Numbered from the stretch's first letter, positions 1 through 10,775 are shown. The stretch: 64,000 bases of DNA from an uncultured Desulfobacter sp. (GCA_963665095.1 OY762069.1:288001-352000); one strand, 5' to 3'. Notes: generated from the sequence alone by a model not told the origin. Numbers and translations: made by a program.

Positions 1-1
1 T

Positions 2-358
2 GTGACCTGCAAGCAGTTTTTATCCCAGCCCTATATTGCCAGAGAACAGGGGTCCGGAACCTGGAAGACTATCCTTGCCAGCATGGAAAAAGCAGGCGTT
101 GACGTGTCCCGGCTTGAGCCGGCCGTCACCATGGGTAATTCCGTGTCCGTAATTCAGGGTATTTTAAACAATGTGGGGATTTCCATTCTCTCCACCATTG
201 CAGTGGCTGATGAACTGGCCAGCGGACGGCTTGTTGCCCTGAGTGTGACAGATCTTGATCTTTCCAGGAGTTTTTACCTGACGCTATCCCGGAAAAGAAC
301 GCGGTCCCCCATATGTGAAAAATTCATTGAGTTTGCCCGGCTGGTCTCTTTGCCCTGA
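2..358 (+). CDS. LysR-family regulator, C-terminal substrate-binding domain (partial, runs off window start)
   Basis: REQGSGT motif and GISILSTIAV..ELASGRLVAL pattern typical of the LysR substrate-binding domain (CysL/selenium-associated subgroup-like). Confidence 0.8.
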   Translation: MTCKQFLSQPYIAREQGSGTWKTILASMEKAGVDVSRLEPAVTMGNSVSVIQGILNNVGISILSTIAVADELASGRLVALSVTDLDLSRSFYLTLSRKRTRSPICEKFIEFARLVSLP

Positions 359-533
359 TTTTGGTTTTGGCGTCAGGCAGGGGACAACACCGCCGGTTGA
401 ATTGATTACATTGCAGTAATGCAGCAGAACATGGCGGCGCACCGCGTTGGGACGCATTATCCGGCCCGACCGGCCCTGATTAAAATTCAGTCGAGAACCC
501 ATTCTGAATCCAGGGCCGGCACATGCCGATCTT

Positions 534-1256
534 TTATTCGTTTACAAACAGATTTAACGCATCAATGAATTCCGGATCTTCTTCATCAATCACCCGGATC
601 AGCTCCTTGTGAATCCGCTTTTTTAGTTCCTGGAAAATTCCCCGCTTTTTATCAAACCCTTGTGCAAAGGCACGGGCATCCCTCATCAGTTCCTCCTGAT
701 TTTCGCTTGCCTTGACAAGGACATTGGCCTGTTCCAGGGCATCGGCCGTCATCCGCTGGCCGGACAGCAGCATATAATTGAACTGGTATTCAGGCACTGC
801 CTTGCGTACAAAGCCGATCATGCCGGGCAGGAAGGGAATGCTCACATCCACTTCAGGAAAGCAGAAAAATCCTCTGTCTTTTTTCATGAGCCGGAAATCG
901 CAGGCGCATGATATAATTGCGCCGTTGCCAAAGGCGTGTCCGTTAATGGCGGCAATCACCGGCACCGGAAAGAGCAGCAGTCGTTTAAATACATTGTTCA
1001 TGCCGTACATGAAATTAATAACTGCCTGGTTTTCCTTTGCGGCAAGCTTTCCGCCGATCCACTCCACATCAATCCCCTGTGAAAAATTTTTATCATCTGT
1101 AGAGGTCAGAATGACGGATTTTACCTCTGTATCCGCTTCCACCTGGTCCAGAACAAGATTCAAATCCCGGGCAAACACTTCGTTCATCCGGTTGGGACCA
1201 TTACACATTTCAACCACAGCCACAGCGCTTTCTTTTTTCCATTGAACAACAGCCAT
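534..1256 (-). CDS. Enoyl-CoA hydratase/isomerase (crotonase) family protein
   Basis: NFSQGID and PVIAAINGHAFGNG..CDFR crotonase motifs; RBS AGGAG upstream. Confidence 0.9.
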   Translation of the reverse strand: MAVVQWKKESAVAVVEMCNGPNRMNEVFARDLNLVLDQVEADTEVKSVILTSTDDKNFSQGIDVEWIGGKLAAKENQAVINFMYGMNNVFKRLLLFPVPVIAAINGHAFGNGAIISCACDFRLMKKDRGFFCFPEVDVSIPFLPGMIGFVRKAVPEYQFNYMLLSGQRMTADALEQANVLVKASENQEELMRDARAFAQGFDKKRGIFQELKKRIHKELIRVIDEEDPEFIDALNLFVNE

Positions 1257-1425
1257 AATGTTGTACTCCTATTTATTAAAAAAACAGAACAATATCCTGG
1301 GGAAGATAAATTAAATCACCCTGTATTTCAAGGGGCTAAAACTTCATTGACAAGCTTTGCGATTTCTGAGAAGCTTTCCAGACACCGTATAAAGCGGTTC
1401 AATTCATAATGCCAAGGAAGACGCC

Positions 1426-3120
1426 ATGATTTTAGGATTAGATGTCGGTGGCACACACACGGATGCTGTACTTCTGAGCAGCAAAGGTGTTCAAAAACGA
1501 GTAAAAGTTCCCACTCAACCGGACAATTTATTTAAAAGCGTGCTTTCAGGCTTTACTCTGCTTCTGGAGGATGTTGATCCGGGTCAGGTTGAGCGGGTGG
1601 TCATTTCAACCACTCTGACCACCAATGCCATTGTCCAGCAGACTGTAACACCGGTGGGGATGATCGTATCGGCCGGTCCCGGCATTGACCCTGAAAACTT
1701 CAGGACAGGGGAACACTACTATGCCGTGGGCGGATCCATCAACCACCGGGGCCGTGAGAAAGAAGCGGTCAATGAGATGGAAATTGAGGACATCGGCAAA
1801 AAGCTGAAGAAAGCCGGTATTGAATATGTGGGCGTGGTCAGTAAATTCTGCGTTAGAAACCCATCCCATGAAATCCTGATCAGACGGATTTTAAATAAGC
1901 AGTTTAAAAATATTTTCCTGGGCCACCATGTCTCAGGGAACTTAAATTTTCCGCGCCGGATTGCCACCACCCACCTGAACGCGGCTGTTTTTTCCCTTCA
2001 TAAGGATTTCTTTGAGGCGGTGGAACAGTCCCTTGAGGAAAAAGGCCTGACCGTTCCCATCCAGATCCTCAAGGCAGACGGGGGCACCATGTCCCTGGAA
2101 GCCTCCATGAGCTTTCCGGCCCAGACAGTACTCTCCGGCCCAGCAGCCAGCATCATGGGCGCTATTCCCTATGCCCCTGAAGGCCAGGATGCAGTGGTCC
2201 TTGATATTGGCGGCACCACCACGGATATCGCCTTTCTGGTGGATAAGACCCCGTTGCTGGAACCCGTGGGTATTCAACGGGGGCGCTATAAGAGTCTGAT
2301 TCGCTCCCTGCGCACCGATTCCAAGGGGATCGGGGGGGATTCCGCCCTGCGGGTAAATGACGAGGGCAAGCTCACTGTGGGACCGGACCGTATGGGGCCG
2401 GCCATGGCCTTTGGCGGGCCAGTCCCCACCCCCACCGATGCCCTGGTGGCACTGGGGTTGATGAATGAGGGGGATAGGGAAAAAGCCCGGCAGGGGATCA
2501 GTGCCATTGCTGAGAAACTGGAAATGGACGAAGCTGGAGCAGCCGAGCATATATTTAAGATCTGCTGTAATATCATTTTGAAGAAAACCTTCGAGATGAT
2601 TGACACGCTTAATTCCCAGCCGGTGTATACGGTGCATGATTTTCTTGAGGGATATACATTCAGCCCGGACAAAATATTGCTTATGGGCGGACCGGCGGGA
2701 TTTTTTGCTGAAAAAATTCAGGATATGTACCAGCTTGAAACCATTGCAGTGCCTGATGCTGCCGTTGCAAATGCCATTGGCGCGGCCCTGGCCCGGACAA
2801 CCTGCGAGGTGACCCTGAATGCCGATACAGAGCAGGGGATTGTCACGGCCCATGAAGAGGATTTTGCAGAACCTGTATCCAAATCCTTTTCCAAGGATGA
2901 CCTGATTGAAACCGCCTTAAGCCTTCTTAAAGACAAGGCGGAAAACGCAGGTGCGGATACTGACAACCTCGACGAAGTGGAGGTGGTGGAGTTTCAGGAA
3001 TTCAATATTGTGCGCAATTTTTCACCCAAAGGGAAAATTCTGCGGACAAAAATGCAGCTTAAACCCGGCCTGATTCAGGGGTATGAATCAGTACTCAAAC
3101 TGCAGGCACAAGAAAATTAA
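1426..3120 (+). CDS. Hydantoinase/oxoprolinase family protein
   Basis: GLDVGGTHTD, SGPAAS, DIGGTTTD, PTPTDA and ANAIGAA motifs. Confidence 0.9.
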   Translation: MILGLDVGGTHTDAVLLSSKGVQKRVKVPTQPDNLFKSVLSGFTLLLEDVDPGQVERVVISTTLTTNAIVQQTVTPVGMIVSAGPGIDPENFRTGEHYYAVGGSINHRGREKEAVNEMEIEDIGKKLKKAGIEYVGVVSKFCVRNPSHEILIRRILNKQFKNIFLGHHVSGNLNFPRRIATTHLNAAVFSLHKDFFEAVEQSLEEKGLTVPIQILKADGGTMSLEASMSFPAQTVLSGPAASIMGAIPYAPEGQDAVVLDIGGTTTDIAFLVDKTPLLEPVGIQRGRYKSLIRSLRTDSKGIGGDSALRVNDEGKLTVGPDRMGPAMAFGGPVPTPTDALVALGLMNEGDREKARQGISAIAEKLEMDEAGAAEHIFKICCNIILKKTFEMIDTLNSQPVYTVHDFLEGYTFSPDKILLMGGPAGFFAEKIQDMYQLETIAVPDAAVANAIGAALARTTCEVTLNADTEQGIVTAHEEDFAEPVSKSFSKDDLIETALSLLKDKAENAGADTDNLDEVEVVEFQEFNIVRNFSPKGKILRTKMQLKPGLIQGYESVLKLQAQEN

Positions 3121-3130
3121 AGGGGATACC

Positions 3131-4441
3131 ATGTTACAAGCATCTCATAAAACCGGACTGGTCTTTTTTCCTGCATTTGACTGGGCCATTGATCCCACCC
3201 ATCCGGAACGGGAAGAGCGGCTGCTTTATACCCAGGACCAGGTGACTGAGGAGGGTGTCTTTGATATTCCCGGAATTGTGGAATATAAGCCTGACCTGGT
3301 GACTGCCGAAGACATTCGCAGGACCCATTTCTGCGTGCCTGACGAACCCAGTGTGACCACTGAATCCCATCTGATCTCTGCCGGGGGGGCCAAAGCCATT
3401 GCCAATGCCGTCATGAGAAAAGAGGTGAAAAACGGATTTGCCCTGGTCCGGCCACCGGGCCATCACTCCATGCGGGTCTCCCACGGGGGCAGGGGATTCT
3501 GTCATATCAACATTGAGGCGGTGATGGTGGAATACCTGCGGTCACAGTTTGGTGTCAAGCGCATTGCCGTCATTGACACGGACTGCCACCACGGAGACGG
3601 TACAAATGATATTTTCTGGCATGATCCGGATGTGCTGTTCATCTCTTTACACCAGGACGGACGGACCATGTATCCGGGCACAGGCTTCCCCGGTGAGCTT
3701 GGAGGCCCCAATGCCAAGGGGTCTAACCTGAATATCCCGTTGCCCCCGGGTACATCCACCAAAGGATATCTTTACGTAATTGAGCATTGTGTCCTCCCGG
3801 TGCTTGAGGCATTCAAGCCTGAGATCGTGGTGAACTCCGCCGGCCAGGACAACCACTACACAGACCCCTTGACCAACATGAATTTTTCAGCCCAGGGCTA
3901 TGCCAAACTGACCACGCTCCTAAAGCCCGACATTGCCGTGCTTGAGGGGGGGTACTCCATAGAAGGGGCGCTTCCCTATGTCAACCTGGGCATTATACTG
4001 GCCATGGCCGGCATTGACTATTCAGGCGTGGTGGAGCCGGATTACAATCCTGAAAAACTTAAACAGTCCGTCAGCATCACAGACAAGATCAAAAAGACCT
4101 GTGACCAGATCATGAATTACTGGGACCAGCGGTATGAGATGAGGGAATCGGCCGGGGAACCCGGTCAGATTCTGGTACGCCATCGCGAGGTCTTTTATGA
4201 TACAGACAACATTTTTGAGCGCCAGAAGGAAAAGGTGCGGGTATGCAGGGATTGTGGCGGCAGTTTTGAGGTGGATTCCAAGGCCTCTCCCGGGCACCAT
4301 ATTCTGGGTGTTCATATTCCTATCAATGCCTGTCCCGCCTGCAGGGAGAAGGGGTATGAGTTTTATGACCGGGCCGACAAAACCCGGTATGACCGGATCT
4401 ATCTACAGGACAGGACCAAGGACCTGTATGAGATTAAATAA
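3131..4441 (+). CDS. Zn-dependent histone deacetylase-family amidohydrolase with C-terminal CxxC..CxxC extension
   Basis: HPE, RPPGHH, GFC, DCHHGDGT, SAGQD and LEGGY motifs; start reassigned to ATG 3131 after AGGGG RBS. Confidence 0.9.
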   Translation: MLQASHKTGLVFFPAFDWAIDPTHPEREERLLYTQDQVTEEGVFDIPGIVEYKPDLVTAEDIRRTHFCVPDEPSVTTESHLISAGGAKAIANAVMRKEVKNGFALVRPPGHHSMRVSHGGRGFCHINIEAVMVEYLRSQFGVKRIAVIDTDCHHGDGTNDIFWHDPDVLFISLHQDGRTMYPGTGFPGELGGPNAKGSNLNIPLPPGTSTKGYLYVIEHCVLPVLEAFKPEIVVNSAGQDNHYTDPLTNMNFSAQGYAKLTTLLKPDIAVLEGGYSIEGALPYVNLGIILAMAGIDYSGVVEPDYNPEKLKQSVSITDKIKKTCDQIMNYWDQRYEMRESAGEPGQILVRHREVFYDTDNIFERQKEKVRVCRDCGGSFEVDSKASPGHHILGVHIPINACPACREKGYEFYDRADKTRYDRIYLQDRTKDLYEIK

Positions 4442-5360
4442 TAGGGAAGGGGGGTATGCCTTCCCTTGGGAAAACCTTAAAAAAAGAGCCCTTGTCATTG
4501 ATTTGACAAGGGATTTTTTTCGCAGTCTGGGATATCTTGAGGTGGAAACCCCGTTAAGGTGCCCGGTGGTAATCCCGGAAGCCCACATTGACCCGGTGAC
4601 ATCGGAAGAGGCATTTCTTCAGGCCTCACCGGAGCTGTGTATGAAACGGCTGCTGGCCGGGGGGGCAGAAAAAATTTTTCAGATCTGTAAATGCTTTCGC
4701 AAAGGTGAACGGGGAAGCCGGCACCTGCCGGAACTCTCCCTTCTGGAATGGTATGCCGTACACCAGACCTATGAAGACCTCATGGAACAGTGCCAGGGGC
4801 TTTTACGCCACATTGCTCCGGGTTTAGGCGCTCAGGAGCAAATCCTGTTCCAGGGAAACCATATAGACCTGTCCGGCCCCTTTGACAGGATTACCGTTTC
4901 TGAAGCGTTTGATCAATTTGCCGATTTGTCTTTGGATGCGGCGCTTGCAACCGGGAAGTTTGATGAAATCATAAGTTTCGATATCGAACCAAACCTGGGG
5001 CGTACCCGGCCCTGCTTTCTTTATGATTATCCTGTAGAGCTGGCGTCTCTGGCTGCGTCGCATCCTGAGAAAGACGGGGTGGCCCAGCGGTTTGAACTTT
5101 ATGTTGCCGGCATTGAACTGGCCAATGGTTTTACGGAACTGACCAATCCCGACATCCAGAAAGAGCGATTTAAGAAGGAAAACCAGATTCGTGTCCAACA
5201 GGGAAAGCCTGAGCTGCCCCTGCCTGAAAAATTTCTGTCCGATCTGTCCCGAATGCCGGATGCCGCCGGCATTGCCCTTGGCATGGATCGCCTGGTGATG
5301 CTGTTCTGTGATACCATAGATATTGGCAATGTTGTTGCCTTTACGCCTGAATCGCTTTGA
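4428..5360 (+). CDS. epmA: EF-P lysine aminoacylase (LysRS catalytic-domain paralog, EpmA/GenX/PoxA)
   Basis: LEVETP, SPELCMKRLLAGG, FRKGE..HLPE, RFELYVAGIELANGFTEL and GIALGMDRL motifs; no anticodon-binding domain; likely ATG 4428 overlaps the HDAC gene end. Confidence 0.85.
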   Translation: MRLNNREGGYAFPWENLKKRALVIDLTRDFFRSLGYLEVETPLRCPVVIPEAHIDPVTSEEAFLQASPELCMKRLLAGGAEKIFQICKCFRKGERGSRHLPELSLLEWYAVHQTYEDLMEQCQGLLRHIAPGLGAQEQILFQGNHIDLSGPFDRITVSEAFDQFADLSLDAALATGKFDEIISFDIEPNLGRTRPCFLYDYPVELASLAASHPEKDGVAQRFELYVAGIELANGFTELTNPDIQKERFKKENQIRVQQGKPELPLPEKFLSDLSRMPDAAGIALGMDRLVMLFCDTIDIGNVVAFTPESL

Positions 5361-5469
5361 TTCCGTGCCAAAAAATTAGGATGTTGGGATTAGCGTCTTC
5401 TATTAAGATACAAGGCCGGTATGCTGTGTGTGAATTAAAAATACCGGATAAATAATTTACAGGAGAATC

Positions 5470-6682
5470 ATGCTTCAGACTAAGTCCGGCTTTATTGGAA
5501 AAGACAGACGGTTAAGCATTCCAGGACAACTGCGCAAATTATGGCGTCTGGATCAGAATGATAACGATTTCGTCTAGGTCTTAAGTTTTGGTGATGCACT
5601 GTATGTGATACCGGATAAAACCTGGCAGGATATTGAAAAATCGCTTATGACGGCAACAGATGAGGCAACCAGTAAGATCCGGCGGTTGAGAATCGGAAGC
5701 GCCGTATATTGCCGGCTGGATAAACGGGGACGGGTCCGGATTCCTGCCGGCTTTTTAAAACGGGGAATGCTTAAGGCCGGATTAATCCGTTTTGGCTGGA
5801 AACAGGACATTCTGATGGTTTTTCCTTTGGAGACTTCGGCGTTATTTTCAGAATCGTTATACCCGGATTTCATTGAGTTAAGGCTGACGGCTTTATATGA
5901 TTATACCCGGCTGCTGACCCGCAACAGGGATCTTCTCATTCCCTTATTCGAGGATGGCCGGCAGCAGGAGTTGGCAGATCGGATCGCGACTCTTTTCAAT
6001 ATCGAAACTGACAGCTTATCCATCCAGATACTTGATGAGCAGGATCCGGATGTATCCGCAATCGCCTTAATCCGGCAAGACAGCCATTGTGAGTGTTTAT
6101 GGGTACGGTATGATCCTAAAACAAACAAGTTCCGGATTTCTGATATCTTTGATTTTATCGGAGTCGAGTTCCCTTTTGAGAATAGTCCACACACTTTTTT
6201 AAAGGATCAGCACTGCACGGTTCAGCCACCAGTCATGGCAGACTGGGACATTTTGGAATTCAAGCTGCCGCTATCGGTTTCGTATGCTGTCCCGGCATAT
6301 TTCCATGTCCAATTATGTGGCTTCAGCCAGCAGACCCAACTCAATGTGTCATTTCTATTTTCTTCTTGACAATATTTCTGAAGAGCTGGAGCGCTTGACT
6401 GTACGCATATACAGTGAAAATAGCAGCAGTTATGAGAAAACGCTTCATCGCAACCGGGACGGTATGGCAGACGTACTTTCCTGTGTCAGGCGGAATCCGC
6501 CTCAAAAAGGGGAACCCTGCCGCGATTATGTGGAACGGCTTCAATCTCTGGTGGAAAATTACAGAACCATGACTGCAGCCGTTCTGGAAACGGAAAAGGG
6601 GGAAGAGTATGCCAGATTCTGGAACAGTGGCGCCAGGTCTGCCCGGAGCCTGATTGAGGCCCCTGAAGTGCCAATGGCGTAA
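5470..6682 (+). pseudogene. MraZ/AbrB-like two-repeat DNA-binding domain fused to an unknown C-terminal region; in-frame TAG and probable +1 frameshift
   Basis: AGGAG RBS then ATG 5470 in frame with ORF 5605-6369; repeats KDRRLSIPGQLR and LDKRGRVRIPAGF; TAG at 5575-5577; removing one T near 6358-6361 joins it to ORF 6284-6682. Confidence 0.55.
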
Positions 6683-6748
6683 TCCCTTTGTAATATTGGC
6701 ATGTAATTTAGCCGCTGAACGGAAACCCGTGTTTGGACGGCTCGCAAG

Positions 6749-6960
6749 CTATGCTTTAAACTGAATTACGGTTTTGCTGAGCCCTTTGGAGAACCTGTTT
6801 AATACATTGGTGCTGTTGTTAATCTGTAAATTTTTTTAAAAATTTTCGAAGATGCCTGATTTACGTCTGTGATGTCCCTGGCAATTTCATCTGCCAGGGC
6901 AGGGCTGTTGGTGAGATTTTTCGCTTCCGCCATGATTCCCCGGACTATTTCCATAACATT
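6749..6960 (-). pseudogene. Remnant of a methyl-accepting chemotaxis protein C-terminus
   Basis: Manual translation EIVRGIMAEAKNLTNSPALADEIARDITDVNQASSKI / LQINNSTNVLNRFSKGLSKTVIQFKA* resembles the C-terminus of the intact MCP at 38426-40150; frame change in an A-run. Confidence 0.45.
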
Positions 6961-7221
6961 GGGTAGTGCTTTTTTTATTTTTTCCCCGCCTGGTCATCAA
7001 CCGCTATCGCTATATCCAGGGGTGTTATCCCAACAATTTTTATTGTTTCAACAAAATAAATTGTTATTTATGTAACTCCTTATTTTAAGTGCATTTTCTT
7101 TCTATACCGCACTTCTACAACTTTTATTGTTACAACTATATTTGTACTGCCTTTGGGGCAGTTAGGGGTGTTTTGTTTATATTGTAATTATTATCAATTG
7201 GTTACCTATTGATAGAACCAC

Positions 7222-7238
7222 CTGGCATAGAACGTGCT
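7222..7238 (+). promoter_or_regulatory. Sigma54 (-24/-12) promoter upstream of acs
   Basis: CTGGCATAGAACGTGCT with exact GG-N10-GC spacing, ~90 bp before the acs start, AT-rich upstream region. Confidence 0.65.
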
Positions 7239-7326
7239 GGGATAGATTATAGATCAATAGCATTTATTTGGTGAATGTCATTCATTCTGTTGGCTTTGCC
7301 AACCTTAACAAAAAAGGAGAATTATT

Positions 7327-9363
7327 ATGAGTGAAGAAAAACAGGCCGCAGTAGAGACAACTGAAGCGCAGATCGCAGTTCATTGGCAGGAAGAAGAGTA
7401 CTTTTATCCCTCAACCAAGTTCATTGGTCAGGCCAACCTGACAGATCCTGAAGTTTTTGACCGGTTCAGTCTTGATAATTTCCCCAATTGTTACACTGAG
7501 TTTGCCGAGCTTCTGACCTGGTATAAGTACTGGGATGAAGTGCTGGACACCAGTGACGCGCCCTGCTGGAAATGGTTTAAGGGTGGAAAGATCAATGCAA
7601 GCTATAACTGCATTGACAGGCATTTAAAGGATAATAAAAATAAAACCGCCATCCATTTTGTCCCGGAACTGGAAGATGAACGCATTGACCATATCACCTA
7701 CCAGGAGCTCTATGTCCGGGTAAATGAAATGTCGGCTATGCTAAGGGATTTTGCCCAGCTGAAAAAAGGCGACCGTGTTACCATCCATATGCCCATGAGT
7801 GCGGAACTGCCAATCACCATGCTGGCCTGCGCCCGCCTTGGCGTTATCCATTCCGTTGTGTTCGGCGGTTTTTCCGCCAGTGCCTGTGCCGACAGGATTG
7901 TTGACTCCAATTCACGGGTGCTTATCACCATGGATGCCTACTACCGGGCCGGCGGCCTTTTGAACCATAAGATCAATGCCGACGAAGCTGTGCAGCTGGC
8001 TGCCAAGGAGGGACAGAAAGTGGACAAGGTGCTTGTATGGCAGAGATACCCGGGCAAATACTCCTCAGAAACCCCCATGGTGGACGGCAGAGATTTCTTT
8101 GTCAACGAGATGGTCAAACAGTACTATGGGAAGATCATTGAACCCGAGCAGATGCTCAGTGAGGACCCGCTGTTCCTGATGTACACCAGTGGCACCACAG
8201 GCAAGCCCAAAGGCGCCCAGCACTCCACCGGCGGCTATCTTGCCTATGTCACGGCCATGAGTAAATATATCCAGGACATCCATCCCACGGATGTATACTG
8301 GTGCATGGCGGACATCGGCTGGATCACCGGCCACTCCTTTATTGTATACGGCCCTCTGGCGCTGTGCGCGTCATCGGTTATTTATGAAGGGGTTCCCACC
8401 TATCCGGATGCCGGCAGATCCTGGAGAATCGCCCAGGCACTGGATGTCAATATTTTCCATACAGCGCCCACAGCCATCCGGGCGTTAAGGAAAATCGGTC
8501 CTGATGAACCCGGCAAGTATAATTACAGCTTCAAACATATGACCACCGTAGGCGAGCCCATTGAGCCAGAAGTATGGAGATGGTATCAGTCGGTTGTCGG
8601 CCGGGGTGAGGCTGCCATTGTGGACACCTGGTGGCAGACGGAAACCGGCGGCTTTCTGTGCAGCACCGTGCCGGGCATCAGCCCCATGAAACCGGGCAGT
8701 GCAGGGCCGGGCGTTCCGGGCATTCATCCCATTATTTATGATGACGCAGGCAATGAGATCAAAGAAGCAGGCATTGCCGGTAATGTCTGCATCCAGAATC
8801 CGTGGCCCGGCCTGATGCAGACGATCTGGGGCGATAAACAGCGCTTTATTGACACCTATTATGCAAAATTCTGTAAAGATCCCCAAAGCAAAGACTGGCG
8901 TGACTGGCCCTATGTGGCCGGTGATGCTGCCATGCGGGCCGAAGACGGCTATTACCGGATTCTGGGCAGGATTGACGACGTGATTAATGTCTCCGGTCAT
9001 CGCCTGGGCACCAAGGAGATTGAGTCCGCAGCCATGGTGGTTGAAGAGGTGGCGGAAGCGGCCGTTGTGCCGGTTGCCCATGAAATCAAAGGCAAGGAGC
9101 CCGATCTGTATATATCCCTGAAACCGGGTGTTGCTCCCACCGAGGAGATGGCCAGGAAAATATCAGATATGGTATGCACTCAGATCGGCAAAATCGCCAA
9201 ACCCAGAAAAGTATGGCTCGTGCCGGATATGCCTAAAACCCGTTCCGGTAAGATCATGCGCCGGGTCCTTGGCGCCATTTCAAACAAGGGAGATGTCGGC
9301 AACGTCATGACGCTTGCCAATCCTGAAATTGTGGAAGAAATCCGGCAGATGGTTCAGAACTGA
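7327..9363 (+). CDS. acs: Acetyl-CoA synthetase (AMP-forming)
   Basis: YTSGTTGKPKG, DTWWQTETGG, GRIDDVINVSGHRLGT and PKTRSGKIMRR motifs. Confidence 0.95.
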   Translation: MSEEKQAAVETTEAQIAVHWQEEEYFYPSTKFIGQANLTDPEVFDRFSLDNFPNCYTEFAELLTWYKYWDEVLDTSDAPCWKWFKGGKINASYNCIDRHLKDNKNKTAIHFVPELEDERIDHITYQELYVRVNEMSAMLRDFAQLKKGDRVTIHMPMSAELPITMLACARLGVIHSVVFGGFSASACADRIVDSNSRVLITMDAYYRAGGLLNHKINADEAVQLAAKEGQKVDKVLVWQRYPGKYSSETPMVDGRDFFVNEMVKQYYGKIIEPEQMLSEDPLFLMYTSGTTGKPKGAQHSTGGYLAYVTAMSKYIQDIHPTDVYWCMADIGWITGHSFIVYGPLALCASSVIYEGVPTYPDAGRSWRIAQALDVNIFHTAPTAIRALRKIGPDEPGKYNYSFKHMTTVGEPIEPEVWRWYQSVVGRGEAAIVDTWWQTETGGFLCSTVPGISPMKPGSAGPGVPGIHPIIYDDAGNEIKEAGIAGNVCIQNPWPGLMQTIWGDKQRFIDTYYAKFCKDPQSKDWRDWPYVAGDAAMRAEDGYYRILGRIDDVINVSGHRLGTKEIESAAMVVEEVAEAAVVPVAHEIKGKEPDLYISLKPGVAPTEEMARKISDMVCTQIGKIAKPRKVWLVPDMPKTRSGKIMRRVLGAISNKGDVGNVMTLANPEIVEEIRQMVQN

Positions 9364-9378
9364 TTTTTTTAAAAAATA

Positions 9379-9410
9379 TCCGGGAGCTGGCCGATATCAC
9401 GGCTCCCGGA
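9379..9410 (+). terminator. Intergenic hairpin between acs and the MFS gene
   Basis: TCCGGGAGC..GCTCCCGGA inverted repeat; weak U-tract, so it may be a stabilising hairpin instead. Confidence 0.4.
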
Positions 9411-9452
9411 ATTAAAAGCTTTCCCCATAATAATCAAAAAAGGAGCTTTGTT

Positions 9453-10775
9453 ATGACATTACAAACCATCACCGAGCCTTCCGACAATCAAGTCGATGAA
9501 AAAGTGCCGACTCAGGCATGGATCACCACTTTTTCAGGCACGGCCGTCAACTTGTGCCTCGGCATTTTATATGCCTGGAGTATCTGGAAGTCCGCATTGG
9601 TCAACGTGGATATTGCCGGCCAGGCTATGACCGGCATAAATGAAGGCTGGACCTATCTGACAAATGCCCAGGCCGCAACACCGTATTCTCTGTGCGCCAT
9701 CATATTTGCGGTGTTTATGATCCCGGGCGGTAAAATTCAGGACAAAATCAGCCCGAAATTCGGTGCCACAGTGGGCGGCCTGCTGCTGGCCATCGGCTGT
9801 ATCCTGGCTGGCTACATGAAGAGCTACACCGGCCTGATACTTGGCTTCGGTGTTCTTGGCGGTGCCGGTATGGGCATCGGTTATGCCGCACCAACCCCTG
9901 CGGCCCTTAAGTGGTTCGGCCCGGAAAAACGCGGGCTGATCGCGGGCCTGGTGGTAGGCGGGTATGGCGGAGCAGCTCTTTACATCGGTTATCTGGGACA
10001 GTATTTAATTAAAGCCTACGGCATTTCAGGCAGTTTTTATGCCCTGGGCACCCTTTTCTGTATTGTGGTTGTCATTGCCGGGCAGATGCTAAAAACCCCG
10101 CCGGAAGGGTATACGCCGCCAATGTCAGCAAAACAGGCCGCTGCCCAGACAAATATGGCAACAGAAAAAACCCATGACTGGGAAGCCGGAGACGTTTTGA
10201 AAACCTGGCAGCTCTATGCCCTGATATTCATGTTCATTCTTACCACCCAGTCCGGTCTTCTGATCATCAGCAGTGCCAAAGGTCTGATGGTAACAACGGC
10301 AAAGGGCATGCCCTTTTTTGTAGCCAATGCCTGGCTTCTGGTCTCCTTCGGCGGCCTGGTCAATGCCTCGGGCCGGGTGGGAACCGGATGGTATTCCGAC
10401 CGGATCGGCCGGTTGAATGCCTATTGCATTAACTGCGGTGTTTCCGCACTCTGCCTGTTTTCTCTGCCCTATGTCATTTCCACCCAGAACCTTTTGCTGC
10501 TCTTCATCGTGGTGGGAATTGCCTACTGGCAGTATGGCGGCGGTCTGGCCCTCATGCCTTCCTTTACGGCTGATTTCTTCGGTGCAAAGAACTTAGGATT
10601 TAACTATGGTCTGGTATTTATCGGCTGGGGTTGCGGCGTATTTATCGCCAGAATCGGCGGCTGGATTCAGGACGTCACCGGCAGCCTGGACAATGCGTTT
10701 TATCTGTCAGGGGGCCTGCTCGTCGTGGGCGTTATCCTGGCGAAAATGACCAAGAAACCGGTTTATAAAGGATAA
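9453..10775 (+). CDS. MFS transporter, OFA (oxalate:formate antiporter / monocarboxylate) family
   Basis: LGILYAWS, GMGIGYAAP..KWFGPEKRGLIAG and FFGAKNLGFNYG motifs; about 12 hydrophobic segments. Confidence 0.85.
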   Translation: MTLQTITEPSDNQVDEKVPTQAWITTFSGTAVNLCLGILYAWSIWKSALVNVDIAGQAMTGINEGWTYLTNAQAATPYSLCAIIFAVFMIPGGKIQDKISPKFGATVGGLLLAIGCILAGYMKSYTGLILGFGVLGGAGMGIGYAAPTPAALKWFGPEKRGLIAGLVVGGYGGAALYIGYLGQYLIKAYGISGSFYALGTLFCIVVVIAGQMLKTPPEGYTPPMSAKQAAAQTNMATEKTHDWEAGDVLKTWQLYALIFMFILTTQSGLLIISSAKGLMVTTAKGMPFFVANAWLLVSFGGLVNASGRVGTGWYSDRIGRLNAYCINCGVSALCLFSLPYVISTQNLLLLFIVVGIAYWQYGGGLALMPSFTADFFGAKNLGFNYGLVFIGWGCGVFIARIGGWIQDVTGSLDNAFYLSGGLLVVGVILAKMTKKPVYKG

